Assembly: GCF_963921235.1 (NCBI RefSeq)
Contig: NC_086108.1
Coordinates: 98,954,001 to 99,018,000, forward strand
Source of the DNA: Mobula hypostoma
Taxonomy: Eukaryota
DNA length: 64,000 nt
Reading direction: 5' to 3'
The notes below the pieces were generated by a model. It was not told where the DNA came from. It searched no databases and saw nothing but the letters and a program-made list of their open reading frames with translations. Position 1 is the first letter of the stretch, and each line of letters begins with the position of its first letter. Position numbers and translations under genes: made by a program. Of this stretch, positions 51,930 through 64,000 are shown piece after piece.

Positions 51930-54900
51930 GCAGAGAAGAGTTAAGGATCTGGAGCTGTGACTCAATGTCCTACAGCTCATTAGTGAGAGTGAACGGGAGA
52001 TAGAGAGGAGCTACAGGGAGTTAGTCACCTTGAGGCTGCAGGAGTTAGATAAGTGGGTGACGGTCAGGGAAGCGAAGGGAAAAGCTCAGGTAGTAGAGAG
52101 CACCCCTGTGGCCTTCCCCTTCAGTAATCATGATCTCATTTTGGAAGCAGTTGGGGGGATAACCTGACAGAGGACGACCATGGTGATCGGATCTCTGGCA
52201 CTGAGCCTGGTTCTGTGGTGCAGAAGGGAAAGAGGAAGATGAGGAGTGTAGTACTCATAGGGGATTCCACAGTGAGGGGAACAGACAGGAGGTTCTGTCA
52301 GCCTGATAGTGATACCCACATGGTGTGTTCCCTCCCAGGTGTGAGGGTACGGGATGTCTCAGATAAGGTGCAGAGTATTCTGAAGGGAGAGGGTGAACAG
52401 CCATAAGCTTAGTACACTTGGGTACCAATGACATAGGTAGAAAAAGGGAGGAGGTCCTGCAAAGAGAATTCAGGGAGTTAGATAGGTAGCTGAAAAGCAG
52501 GACCTCTGGGGTGGTAATCTCAGGATTGCTGCCTGTGTCCAGTGCTAGCGAGTGCAAGAATAGCGTGATCAGGCATATTAATGTGTGGCTGAGAGACTGG
52601 TGTAGGGGGCAGGACTGCAGATTCCTGGATCATTGGATCGTCTCCTAAGGGAGGTATGACCTGTACAAAAAGGACGGGTTACACCTGAACCCAAAGGGGT
52701 TGAATATCCTGGCGGGCACATTTAATAGAGCTGTTAGGGAGGGTTTAAACTAATCTGGCAGGGGGTTGGGAACTGGAGTAATAGGGTTGAGGAAGGGAAA
52801 AATAATGAATCAAAGATAGTGTACAACAGAGATTATAGAAAGAACAACCAGGAGATGAGGCTTAATCACAGTCAGTGGCATGAGTTACAGGGCAATAGAG
52901 GTGTGGTGCAGTTAAAACAGAAAGCAACAAATACGGGACTGAGAGAGTTGTATTTAAATGCATGCAGTATAAGGAATAAAATGGACGACCTTGAAATTCA
53001 GCTACCTTGAAATTCAGATTGGCAAGTATGATGTTGTGGCCATCTCTGAAACTTGGTTAAAGGATGGCTGCCATTGGGAGCTGAACGTCCAAGGATATAC
53101 GGTGTATTGGCAAGATAGGTTAGTAGGCAGAGGGGGTGGTGTGGCTCTGTGTATAAGAAATAATATTAAATCATAAGAAAGAGATGACATAGGATTGGAA
53201 GGTGTAGAGTCTCTATGGGTTGAGTTAAGAAATGGCAAGGGTAAAAGGACCCTAATGACAGTTGTATACAGGCCTCCAAACAGTGGCTGGGATGTGGATT
53301 ACAATTTACAGCAGGAGATAGAAAAGGCATGTCAGAAAGGCAATGTCATGCTAATCGTTGGGGATGTTAACATGAAAGTGGATTGGGAAAACCAGGTTAG
53401 TACTGGACCTCAAGACAGAGAATTTGTATAATGTCTAAGGAATAGCTTTTCACAGCAGCTGGTTGTTGAGCCCACTAGGAGATCGGCTGTGCTGGATTGG
53501 GTGTTGTGCAGTGATCCAGAGGTGATAAGAGAGCTTAAGGTTAAGGAACCCTTGGGGAAGTCCAGAACGAGGGGTCACAGTTTGAGGATATAGGGGAAGC
53601 CTTTTAGGACCGAGATTAGGAAAAACTTCTTCACACAGAGAGTGGTGAATCTGTGGAATTCTCTGCCACAGGAAACTGTTGAGGCCAGTTCATTGGCTAT
53701 ATTTAAGAGGGAGTTAGATATGGCCCTTGTGGCTACGGGGGTCAGGGGGGTATGGAGGGAAGGCTGGGGTGGGGTTCTGAGTTGGATGATCAGCCATGAT
53801 CATAATAAATGGCGGTGCAGGCTTGAAGGGCTGAATGGCCTACTCCTGCACCTATTTTCTATGTTTCTATGTTTCTATTAACAGTGGTCACAATATGATC
53901 GAATTCACATTGAAATTTGAGAATAAAGGAAATTACAATGGCATGAGAGGGGAACTGGCCAAGGTTGACTGGAAAGAGACATTTGCAGGAAGGACAGCAG
54001 AGCAGCAATAGCTGGAGTGTCTGCAAACAATGAGGGAAGTGCAAGGCCAATACATTCCAAATAAGAAGGAATTTTCAAAGGGAAGAAGGACACTACCGTG
54101 GCTGAGAAGTGAGTCAGAGCCACAGTAAAAGCAAAAGAGAAGGCATACAAGGAAGCCAGAGCTAATGGGAAGATAGAGGATTGGAAAGCTTTTAAAAACT
54201 TGCAGAAGGAAACTAAGAATGTCATTAGGAAGGAAAAGATGAACTATGAAAGGAAGCTGGTGACGAATATCAACGAAGATATTGAAAGCTTTTTTAAGTA
54301 TATAAAAGGTAAAAGACAGTAGAGGGTAGATATACATAGGACCAATACAAAATGACACTGGAGATATTGTAATGGCAGATGGAGAGATGGCAGAGGACCT
54401 GAATGCGTATTTTGCATCAGTCTTCACAGTGGAAGATGTCTACAGTATACTGGACATTCAAGAGTGTCAGGGAAGTGGTTTGTGCAGTGAAAATTACGAC
54501 TGAGAAGGTGCTCAGGAAGCTTAATGGTCTGAAGGTGGATAAATCTCCTAGACCTGTTGGAATGCACGCTTGGGTTCTGAAGGAAGTAACTGGAGAGACT
54601 GCGGATAATTTTTCAAGAATCAATAGATTCTGGCATTGTACCGGATGACTGGAAAATTGCAAATGTTATTCCGCTACTTAAGAAGGGTGGGAGGCAGCAG
54701 AAAGGAAACTATAGACCTGTTAGCCTGACATCAGTGGTTGGGAGGTTGTTGGAATCGATTGTTAGGGATGAGATAACGGAGTACCTGGAGGCACCTGACA
54801 AGATAGGCCAAAGCCAGCATGGTTTCCTGAAAGGAAAATCCTGCCTGACAAACCCATTGCAATTCTTTGAGGAAATTACAAGCAGGGTAGAGAAAGGAGA

Positions 54901-56015
54901 TGCAGCAGATGTGGTGTACTTGGATTTTCAGAAGGCCTTTGACAAGGTGCCGCACATGAGGCTGCTTAGCAAGATAAGAGCCCATGGAATTATAGGGAAG
55001 TTACTAGTATGGGAGCATTGGCTGGTCGGCAGAAAACAGAGAGTGGAAATAAAGGGATCCTATTCTGGCTGGCTGGCGATTACCAGTGGAGTTCCACAGG
55101 GGTCGGTGTTGGGACTGCTGCTTTTTACGATGTTATGTCAATGATTTGGACTATGGTATTAATGGATTTGTGGCTAACTTTGCCGATGATACAAAGATAG
55201 GTGAAGGAGTGGGTAGTGTTGAGGGAACAGAGAGCCTACACAGAGACTTTAGATAGTTTAGGGGAATGGGCAAAGAAGTGGCAAATGAAAAATAATATTG
55301 GAAAGTGTATGGTCATGCAGTTGGTGGAAGAAATAAATGAGTAGACTATTATTTAGATGGGGAGAGAATTTAAAATTCATTTCTAGAGGTATAGAATATA
55401 AGAGCAGAGATGTGATATTGAGGCTGTCTAAGCCACTCGTGAGACCACACTTGGAAGTGTTGTGTGCAGTTTTGGGCTCCTTATTTTAAAAAGGATATAC
55501 TGATATTAGAGAGGGTTCAGAAAGATTCACAAGAATGATTGCAGGAATGAAAGGGTTGCCATATGAGGTATATCTGGCAGCTCTTGGGCTGTATTCCCTG
55601 GAGTTCAGGAGAATGAGGGGGGATCTCATAGAAACTTTCTGAACGTTAAAAGGCCTGAACAGATTAGATATGGCAAAGTTATTTCCCATGGTAGGGGATT
55701 CTAGGACAAGAGGGCATTACTTCAGGATTGAAGGACATCCATTTAGAACAGAGATGCGGGGAAATTACTTTATTTGGAGGGTGTTAACTCTGTGGAATTT
55801 GTTGCCACAAGTGGCTGTGGAGGCCAAGTCATTGGGTGTATTTAAGACAGAGATAGATAGGCTCTTGATTAGCCAGGGCATCAGCGGGTATGGGGTGAAG
55901 GCAGGGGAGTGGGGATGACTGGAAAAATTGGATCAACCCATGATTGAATGGCAGACCAGACTTACTGGTCCAAATGGCCTACTTCTGCTCCTATATCTAT
56001 GGTCTCATGGTCTAT
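51930..56015 (+). mobile_element. Near full-length degenerate CR1 LINE (ORF1 esterase + ORF2)
   Basis: [64 protein letters not shown]; many stops and frameshifts. Confidence 0.92.
53554..53878 (+). mobile_element. Short 3' copy of the young CR1 subfamily inserted into the older CR1
   Basis: Nearly the exact reverse complement of 41931-42255; splits the host EPLG|NSxHNMI motif. Confidence 0.9.
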
Positions 56016-57796
56016 AGGAGTTCCAAAGTCCTCATCCCTGTCTATGTTAAAAAAAAATGCCCTATTCATGCCCTTTGAACTTATTGGAGACAAGTATAGG
56101 GGGATGTCAGAAGTAGGCTTTTTTACACAGAGTGGTGGGTCTGTGAAATGAGCTGCCGGGGTGAAGGTAGAGGCAGATGTATTAGAGACATTTAAGAGGT
56201 TTTAGATAAGTACATAGAAGAACAATGGAAAGCTATGTGGGACGGAAAGGTAGAGTGACCTTGGACTAGGTTAAAAGTTCAGAATCTATGGCTGAGACAT
56301 TGAATGATTAGAAGCTGTGGATGTGCAAGTGACTTGTTATTATGCTATTGATTTGGATCTAATTGCTTCTCTGCATTTAAGTTACTTTGCAGTGGCTTTA
56401 CGAAAAAGACCAGTTTGATGAAGAGTCTTGGCCCAAAATGTTGACTGTTTATTCATTTCCATAGGTGCTCCCTGACCTCCCGAGTTCACCCAGCATTTTA
56501 TGTGTGTTGTTCAGTTTCGTTAATTACTTAAGATATCTCAAGGTAATTCATTGAAATATAACCCTCAAGTATATAGAACTGAGATAAATCTTGGAGGATT
56601 AAAGGGAGAGAGAAGGTTATGGAAATAATATGTTTATTCATGTTGCTTCTCTCGCAAGTTCAGTCCATTGTAAAGAATGTAATGACCAACAATATGGCAC
56701 TTTTTATGGTTAGAAATCCCAGTTGTCAATTTATACACAGCAAGGTCTCACAAGATGAATAACATAAAATCTGTTTCTGTGGTAGTAAAGGATACAAATG
56801 GCCTGGACATTAAGAAAAAATATTTGCCATGGGATCCTGAACAATCACTTGAACAGTTAAATGGGTTTAGTATCCTGTATGTATTGTATACAGTCAAAGA
56901 AAACTGCTAGAGTGACTGTAGCATCTCACAAAAATAATAATTGAGCAGGTAATTAATGAATCTGTTTTCAGGTGAAGTTATAGAAAAATGTGATGTCATG
57001 CTCCCTTGCTGTTACCAACGGGAAGGAGGTCCCGTACAATCAGGTTCAGGGAGTTATTACAACCCTTTGCTGCCTGGCCTGCTGAGTTCCCTTGTGTTGC
57101 TTGGATTTCCAGCATCTGCAGATTGTCCCCTGTTTGCGTATGTATTTATTTGTTTGTTTGTTTGTTTATTTATTATTTGTTTCTTTTTGTCTTTGCACAA
57201 CTTGTTAGTATTTGCGTGGAGTTTCATTGATTCTATTGTACTTGGCCAGTCCTCATCGGAGGATGAGAGGCGGAGAGGGTCAGTAACTTTAAATTCCTCA
57301 TTTCAGAGACCTGCTCTGGATCCAGCAAGTAAGTGCAATTATGAAGAAAACACAGCAGCACCTTTGATTCCTTAGGAGTTTGTGAAGATTCGACATGACA
57401 TCTATAATTTTGACGAACTTCTATAGATGGGTGGTGGAGAGTATATTGACTGGCTGCATCACAGCCTGGTTTGCAAACACCAACACCTTTGAACGGAAAA
57501 TTCTACAAAAGGAAGTGGGTACAGCCCAATCCACCATGGGTAAAGCCCCATCCCCCGTCATTGAGTATATCTGCACGGAGCATTGTCGCAGGAAAGCAGC
57601 ATCCATCGTCAGGTATCCCCACCACCCAGGCCATGCTCTCTTCACACTGCTGCAATCAGGAAGAAGGTACAGGAGCCTTAGGACTCAAACCACCATGTTC
57701 TGGAACAATTATTACCCCTCAATCATCAGGCTCCTGCACCAAGTGGATAACTTCACTCAATTTCACTTGCCCCACTACTGAACTATTCCCACAACC

Positions 57797-58412
57797 AACA
57801 GGAATTCTGCAGATGCTGGAAATTCAAGCAACATACATCAAAGTTGCTGGTGAACGCAGCAGGCCAAGCAGCATCTATAGGAAGAGGCGCAGTCGACGTT
57901 TCAGGCCGAGACCCTTCGTCAGGACTAACTGAAGGAAGAGTGAGTAAGGGATTTGAAAGTTGGAGGAGGAGGGGGAGATGCGAAATGATAGGAGAAGACA
58001 GGAGGGGGAGGGATAGAGACGAGAGCTGGACAGGTGATTGGCAAAAGGGGATACGAGAGGATCATGGGACAGGAGGTCCGGGAAGAAAGACGGGGGGGGG
58101 GTGACCCAGAGGATGGGCAAGGGGTATATTCAGAGGGGCAGAGGGAGAAAAAGGAGAGTGAGAGAAAGAATGTGTGCATAAAAATGAGTAACAGATGGGG
58201 AACGAGGGGGAGGTGGGGCCTAGCGGAAGTTAGAGAAGTCAATGTTCATGCCATCAGGTTGGAGGCTACCCAGACGGAATATAAGGTGTTGTTCCTCCAA
58301 CCTGAGTGTGGCTTCATCTTTACAGTAGAGGAGGCCGTGGATAGACATGTCAGAATGGGAATGGGATGTGGAATTAAAATGTGTGGCCACTGGGAGATCC
58401 TGCTTTCTCTGG
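57797..58412 (-). mobile_element. 5'-truncated Penelope-like element (GIY-YIG C-terminus, 3' UTR, hammerhead)
   Basis: ORF 58220-58417 (PVATHFNS..H....RLEEQHLIFRLGSLQPDGMN); 7-bp TSD cacaacc at 57790-57796 and 58413-58419; the unsplit target is seen at ~29095. Confidence 0.92.
57891..57926 (-). ncRNA. Minimal type-I hammerhead ribozyme motif (intact)
   Basis: RNA AGUC-CUGACGA-AGGGUCUCGGCCU-GAAAC-GUC-GACU: perfect 4-bp stem I, full core, stem II, palindromic ACGU stem III; predicted cut between 57895 and 57894. Confidence 0.8.
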
Positions 58413-58504
58413 CACAACCTATGGACTCACTTCCAAGGACTTTTCATCTCATGTTCTTGATATTTATTGCTTATTTATTTATTAATTATTGGTTCCTTAA
58501 GGCT

Positions 58505-58810
58505 ATCACATTCATGTGCCTATTAAAACATCTCTTAAGAGTGTCTAATGTATCTGCCTCTACCCCAGGCAGCACATTCCATGCACCCAGTATTCTCTGC
58601 GTAAAAAACTTGCCTGTCATATCTCCTTTGAAAGTGCTCTTTCACCTTAAATGCATGCCCTCTGTTATCAGACATTTCAACCCTGGGAAAAAGATATTGT
58701 CTGTGTGCTCCATCTATGCCCCTCATAATCTTACAAATCTCTATCCAACCTTTCCTCAGCTACCAGTGCTCTAAAGAAAACAACCCAAGATTGTCCAACC
58801 TCTTGTTATA
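58505..58810 (-). mobile_element. CR1 3' fragment
   Basis: ORF 58535-58726 (MRGID...YLFPRVE..RGHAFKV). Confidence 0.75.
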
Positions 58811-59364
58811 ATAAATTCACTTTGAACTTTGAACTTTGAAATGTTGGCAGAGAGCCCTTTGGATGAATTTCCTACAACTTCTCAAAGGGACATCTCTGAT
58901 ATAATGTTTATAACAGGTAACCAGGAACTTGGCTTAACATACGTTCTGAAAAATGGTGATGCTGAAGCGAGTCTCTCAATACCAGATTGATTTGTCAGCC
59001 AAGATGCTTGTGATTAAGTCGCAGGACATCACTAAAAGCCACATATTTCTGCCCCGGAGATTAGAATGCTGGGATTTCACATAACAATGTGTGTGCTCTA
59101 TCAAACCAAGCCTAAAGTGATAGATAATACTTCAATAATGCAACATAAAATTTAATCAAATGCTAGGACAAATTGACTTTTGAGGTGTAGCTATTTGTAG
59201 GTTAAATCGCTTGGAGATATAGCTGACAAAATTGGAATTAAGGCTGGCGTCACTGTTATATTTCCAAAATGATGAACGTACTTTCTTTAACAACTCACGA
59301 ATTGAATTTCTCTCCCTAAGCCATCTTTTTAATAGAAAGACAAGCTACTGCCATTTTCCTTAAG

Positions 59365-59545
59365 CACAAGAGAGGAGGTGCTGGAAATCCAGAGTAACAA
59401 AATGCTGGAGGAACTCAGCAGGTCAGGCAACGTAAAGGAATAAACAGTTGATGTTTTGGGCTGAAGCCCTTCATCAGGATTGGAAAGGAAGGGGAAGAAG
59501 CCAGAATAACAAGGTAAGGAGAGGGGAAGGAATACAAGATAGAAA
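59365..59545 (-). repeat. Penelope-end repeat with a G-to-A mutated hammerhead core
   Basis: Reverse strand aatcCTGATGAagggcttcagcccAAAAcatcaact at 59446-59481. Confidence 0.7.
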
Positions 59546-59669
59546 GTGCTGATTTTCTTTCAAGAATTCTGATGCAAACATTGTGCTAAGATATTCACTG
59601 TCTTCAATGTCCTATGGAAAAAAGTCATTTGAAACTTCCATTGGTTATTATTTTTTGTGTGGTGGGGGG

Positions 59670-60118
59670 AGGTACATCTTCATCAAAGGAGGTGTAAGGT
59701 GCTCCTTCCCTCTGTTTTACAGCAGGACACCCTTGGCAAAGGGCAGTGCCACCTTAGCCCCTCCGTCAGGGTCACATGAAGCCGTGGGAGCAGGTGGTGG
59801 ATGGTCCTCTGAGTAGCTGGTGCATATCGCAAGTCCTGGTTTGGCGATCACTGACACCAGGCAGACAATCTCTGAAGAGTATTGACAATGGCGTGGGTCA
59901 CACATCTTGTAAAGGCATGGCTCAGAAGGCGGCAATGTCAAACCACTTCTGCAGAAAATTTTACCAAGAACAATCGTGGTCATGGATAGAGAAAGGAATA
60001 AGAACCACAGAGTGAAGGGCGTCTTTCCCACAGGCAACGATGGGATTAAAGACAGATGGAAGACCATGATTGCCCATGTCATATGACATGGCACACAGTG
60101 ATAATGATGATGATGATG
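59670..60118 (+). mobile_element. Non-autonomous RTE-like short element, copy 2
   Basis: Collinear with 49990-50375; ggcaatgtcaaaccacttc; (GAT)n tail. Confidence 0.65.
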
Positions 60119-60369
60119 GCTGATTATTTTGCTGGGGTTTGAGTTCCGCTAATTACCGGAACTCTGTTCCAGTGTCCATTCTTAATATCTGAGCTTAGAT
60201 GGTAGATTCATTTCTTCCCATTGTTGATCCACTTTCCAGTGTAGTTATAAAGAATCACCATTTAGAATTACTGGGCAAAAAAAAATCATGGTCGTGCTTT
60301 TATTTGTATTTATGGGAAATTGTGGCCTCATAGCGAGTAGTTAATGTGCCAGCCAACATTTTGCTTTTA

Positions 60370-60670
60370 TTTGGAGATACAGCATGGAAGCAGGCTCTTC
60401 TGTCCCAACGAGCCCATACACCCATGTGACCAGTTAACCTACTGACCTGTACATCTTTGGAACAAGACCATAAGACGCAGGAGCAGAATTAGGCCATTTG
60501 GCCCATCGTTTCTGCTCGATGGCTGAGTTGGCTGTGGGAGGAAAGTGGAGCACCCAAGAGGAAACCCACGTGGTCACAGGGAGAACGTACAAATTCCTTA
60601 CAGACAGCGGCAGGAATTGAACCCAGGTCGCTGGTGCTGAAATAACATTATGGTAACTACTATGCTATAA
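60370..60670 (-). mobile_element. V-domain SINE with a small CR1-tail insert
   Basis: gtgggaggaaagtggagcacccaagaggaaacccacgtggtcacagggagaacgtacaaa; B-box-like ggaattgaacccagg. Confidence 0.75.
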
Positions 60671-60857
60671 TTCTGATCTCACTCAATGCCAACTCAAAAT
60701 CAATGTCTACATAACAATAACAGGAGAGATGCTGTGGCATGAAAGATCATAATCAGAATAATAGGCTTAATATCACTGGCATGCGTTGTGAAATTTGTTA
60801 TGTAGCGGCACTACAGGGCAACACACAATAATAAAAACTGTGAATTATGTAAGAAGT

Positions 60858-60879
60858 ATATATATATATATATATATAT
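60858..60879. repeat. (TA)n microsatellite
   Basis: Pure TA run. Confidence 0.9.
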
Positions 60880-61260
60880 CATTGTCACTGTCCATTCAGA
60901 AATCTGATGGCAGAGGGGAAGAAGCTGTTCCTGATACAGTACTACATTTACTGGTGAGCTACATTGAGTGAAAGGTCAAAAACTTTCAAAGTTCAAAGGA
61001 AATTTATTATCAAAGTACGTATATCTCACTACAACCCTGAGATTCATTTTACTAGGACTAGGAAAGCCCTAGACTTTCTAATCTATATGGGTCTATCCCA
61101 TTTGTATGGTTATTACATTAGTATGACATTGAATATTGAGGGTATGTTCTAACCTAAAGCAAGGCATTTCTGTACTGGTTGATGTTCAATGCACAAGGTA
61201 TATGATGTAGGTGGTGACTAACGTCAATGTCAAAGAAAAATTTATTACCAAAATACATAT

Positions 61261-61822
61261 ACACTCAGTGATCACTTTATTACATACCTACTGTACCTAA
61301 TAAAGTGGTCACTGAGTGTATGTTCATGGTTTTCTGCTGCTGTGACCCACTTACTTCAAGGTTTGATGTGTTGTACATTCAGGGATGTTCTTCAGCACAC
61401 CACTGTTGTAATGCATGATGACTTGTGTTACTGTCACCTTCCTGTTTGCTTGAACCAGTCCAGTCATTCTCCTCTGACCTCTCTCATTAACAAGGTGTTT
61501 CCGCTCACAGAACAGCCGCTCAATAGATTCCTTTTCTGTTTTTTTTTTGCTCCATTCTCCGTAAACTCTATAGATTGTTGTGTGTGAGAAACCCAGAAGA
61601 TCAGCAGTTTCTGAAATACACAAATGGCACCAACAATCATTCCATGGTTAAAGTAATTTGATCATATTTCCTCCCCATTCTTATGTTTGGTCTAAACAAC
61701 TGAGCCTCTTGACCATGTCAGCATGCTTTTTTGCACTGAGTTGCTGCCACATGATTGGCTTATTAGATATTTGCATTAACAAGCAGGTTTACAGGTGTAC
61801 CTAATGAAGTTGACACTAAGTG
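61261..61822 (-). mobile_element. Non-autonomous Tc1/mariner element with a transposase N-terminal remnant
   Basis: TIRs cactcagtgatcactttatta / taatgaagttgacactaagtg flanked by TA; ORF 61351-61623 (ISETADLLGFSHTTIYRVY HTH, ERGQRRM..LV.ANRK). Confidence 0.85.
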
Positions 61823-62775
61823 TATGTCACCAAATACTACCTTAAGATTAATTTTTTTGCAGGCATTTACAGGAAAAAAAAGAAATACAATAGAATTTCA
61901 CAAAAACCTGTGCATAAGTAGACAAAGATTTACAAATGACTAATGTGCAAAAGAAGACAAATAGTGCAAAATAAAAAATAATACTGAAAACATGAGTTGT
62001 AAAGAGTGCTTAAAAGTGGGTCTGTTTGTTGTAGATTCAGTTCAGGGTTGTGGTGAGTAAAGTTACTATGCTGGTTGAGGAACCTGATGGTTGTATGGTA
62101 ATAACTCTTGCTACTAAGAATTAAAACTGGGCAAAACATATTTGTGAAGGAATGCATTAAATGTTTTCTCCGGTTAGGTGGGAGGAGCACATTTGATAAC
62201 CCAGATGGAGCTTGTACTGATAACAAGAGAACAAAAATGCGATAGACAAATATACTATTGATAGAAATGAAATTTGCTCACACATACTTCTAACAGAAGT
62301 CCCTCTAACCATGGTGAATTTTTTCTCTCCAAGGTCATTAAGATAAAGTATAGCTACTAATGTCAGCAGAGCGAAAATCATTAAACTTGCAACGTTCCCA
62401 GTCTGTAGGTCTTAATATTACAATAAATAGTACAGTAGCAGTTTGAAAATGGCAACTCTAATTAAATGTCCACACACCAAGAGTGACGCTGTAACATGAA
62501 AGATGCAATTAACATATCACTGTAATTATTTAAGAAATTTAATTTCTTTGTGACTTCTCTCCCACGGGCAGCAACAACTTTTCCAATTCTACTGTAAGAT
62601 TCCCATTTTTCATATGTGGGCCTTGCCATTCCAATTTTGACCATCACCATTCTAACACTATTTTCATCCAATGTTCATGCAAAGTTTCCTGATGAGCTCC
62701 CCGTCTCTTTTCGTACTTAAGCTGTCGCTTTGTGCAGGTCCATAAACTGGCCACTTGCTTCAGGTCACTACAGAT

Positions 62776-63032
62776 CAGGAGTTCCCAACCTTTTTTTATG
62801 CCACGGACCCCTTTGGCAGTCTGGTGACCCCATCTCTGAATAAATATATAAAATACATAGGATTACAAAAGAAACCAATTATATTGAAATGCAGGTATCA
62901 AAATATATAGGATAAAACAAAATTGTGATGTAGCAACATATGTAATTCTTAACTACCACATTAAATAACAAGATTTATGGACCCACTGGAATTTTTTCAC
63001 AGACCCCTGATGACCCAGGTTAAGGACCCGTG
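62776..63032 (+). mobile_element. 257-bp hAT (Charlie-like) MITE, longer relative of the 80-bp family
   Basis: caggagttcccaacc...ccaggttaaggacccgtg; degenerate TSD ctacagat/ctacagcg. Confidence 0.75.
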
Positions 63033-63179
63033 CTACAGCGGAGCAAAAATTGGTTCTCTGCAAGTTTTTGATACTATTGAGCCTGATGGAGCTTATTGTA
63101 GGGAGATACAACAAATTAGAACTAGATTGTCAATTTCTTTTCAACTTCTCAGCAGATTCTTTTCAGATTTGACAGATAA

Positions 63180-64000
63180 AACAGGGACATTTGAGAAACT
63201 TCAGGATAGGCACATGGCTGAAAGAAAAATGGAGGGCTACATAGGACGGAAGGTTTAGATTGATTTTAGAGTAAGTTATAATGATCATTGGTGAAAGGGC
63301 CTGTACTGTGCTGTAGTGTTCTATATTCTATGAATATAAAAGCAAGGATGTAATGTTGAGACTTTATAAGGAGATCCATGAAAGTGATTCTGGTATAGAA
63401 AGGCTTATCATATGAGGAGCGTTTGATATGGCTCTGGGCCTGCATTCACTAGAATTCAGAAGAATCTCATTGAAACCTATTGAATGTTGAAAGACCTCTA
63501 CAGAGTGGATGTGGAGAGGATGTTTCCTATAGTCTAGGGCCAGAGGGCACAGTCTCAGAATAGAAGGACATCCATTTAGAACAGAGATGAGGAGGAATTT
63601 CTTTCATCACAGGGTGGTGAAAATGTTGAATGAGGGGGTGAATGCGTTGAAACTACCCAATGTTGAAAGGCCTTGATGCAGTGCATGTGGAAAGGATGTT
63701 TCCTATGGTGGGGCAGTCTAAGACCAGAGGACACAGCCTCAGAGTTGAGGGGTGTCCTTTTAGAATGGAGAAGAAGAGGAATTTCTTCTTCTTGGATACA
63801 AATAGGGTCTTTGAAGAGACTCCTGGATAGATACATGGAGCTTAGAAAAATAGAGGGCTATGGGTAACATGAGGTAATTTGTAAAGTAAGTACATGTTCG
63901 GTAGAATTCGTGGCCACTTGAAGCTTTGGAGGCCAAGTCATTGGGTATATTTAAGGCAGAGGTTGATAGATTCTTGATTAGTCAGGGCATGAAGGGATAC
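63180..64000 (+). mobile_element. Jumbled CR1 3' fragments
   Basis: Repeated agagggcacagtctcagaatagaaggacatccatttagaac-type segments and tail motifs. Confidence 0.8.

Larger units (their letters stand above)
57340..58490 (+). mobile_element. Rex1-like LINE 3' remnant hosting a Penelope insertion
   Basis: ORF 57395-57781 (FYRWVVESILTGCITAWF, HPGHALF, SGRRYRS); 3' UTR resumes at 58413. Confidence 0.82.

Noticed and set aside
58034..58774. 246-aa plus ORF (likewise 13149-13823, 224 aa)
   Set aside because: Runs through antisense Penelope and LINE fragments; chimeric TE read-through with no domain signal.
62689..62720. CTGATGAG resembling a hammerhead 5' core
   Set aside because: No stem II or downstream GAAA box.
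1..64000. CRISPR arrays, operons or other prokaryotic systems
   Set aside because: The sequence is eukaryotic; repeats are dispersed TEs or microsatellites with no repeat-spacer periodicity.

Overview
Vertebrate genomic DNA, most likely a cartilaginous fish such as a ray. This is inferred from the repeat mix of CR1 LINEs, Rex1/Babar-like LINEs, V-domain (HE1-like) SINEs and Penelope-derived repeats. Most of the window is nested transposon debris, and nearly all long ORFs in the track are TE-derived or spurious. One host landmark stands out: a CpG island at ~25.84-26.44 kb with a probable minus-strand first coding exon (MAADPVQ, then a GT donor; resembles the exportin-7/RanBP17 start, unproven), whose first intron would run toward position 1. 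The main hidden signal is a dispersed family of Penelope-like-element (PLE) 3' ends carrying a minimal type-I hammerhead ribozyme (CUGAYGA-stem II-GAAACGUC). Two copies have intact cores (33351-33386 and 57891-57926), each in a TSD-flanked insertion, and about a dozen are decayed, some as inverted pairs. Three PLE remnants share a ~85-bp module plus captured SINE cargo, suggesting a composite PLE-mobilised element. Also present: a nearly intact full-length CR1, an IR/DR Tc1 whose left tip was flipped by a 25-bp micro-inversion, 80-bp hAT MITEs, RTE/BovB-type SINEs and an unexplained 15-bp perfect hairpin. All calls are by eye, and TE boundaries are approximate unless a TSD is quoted.
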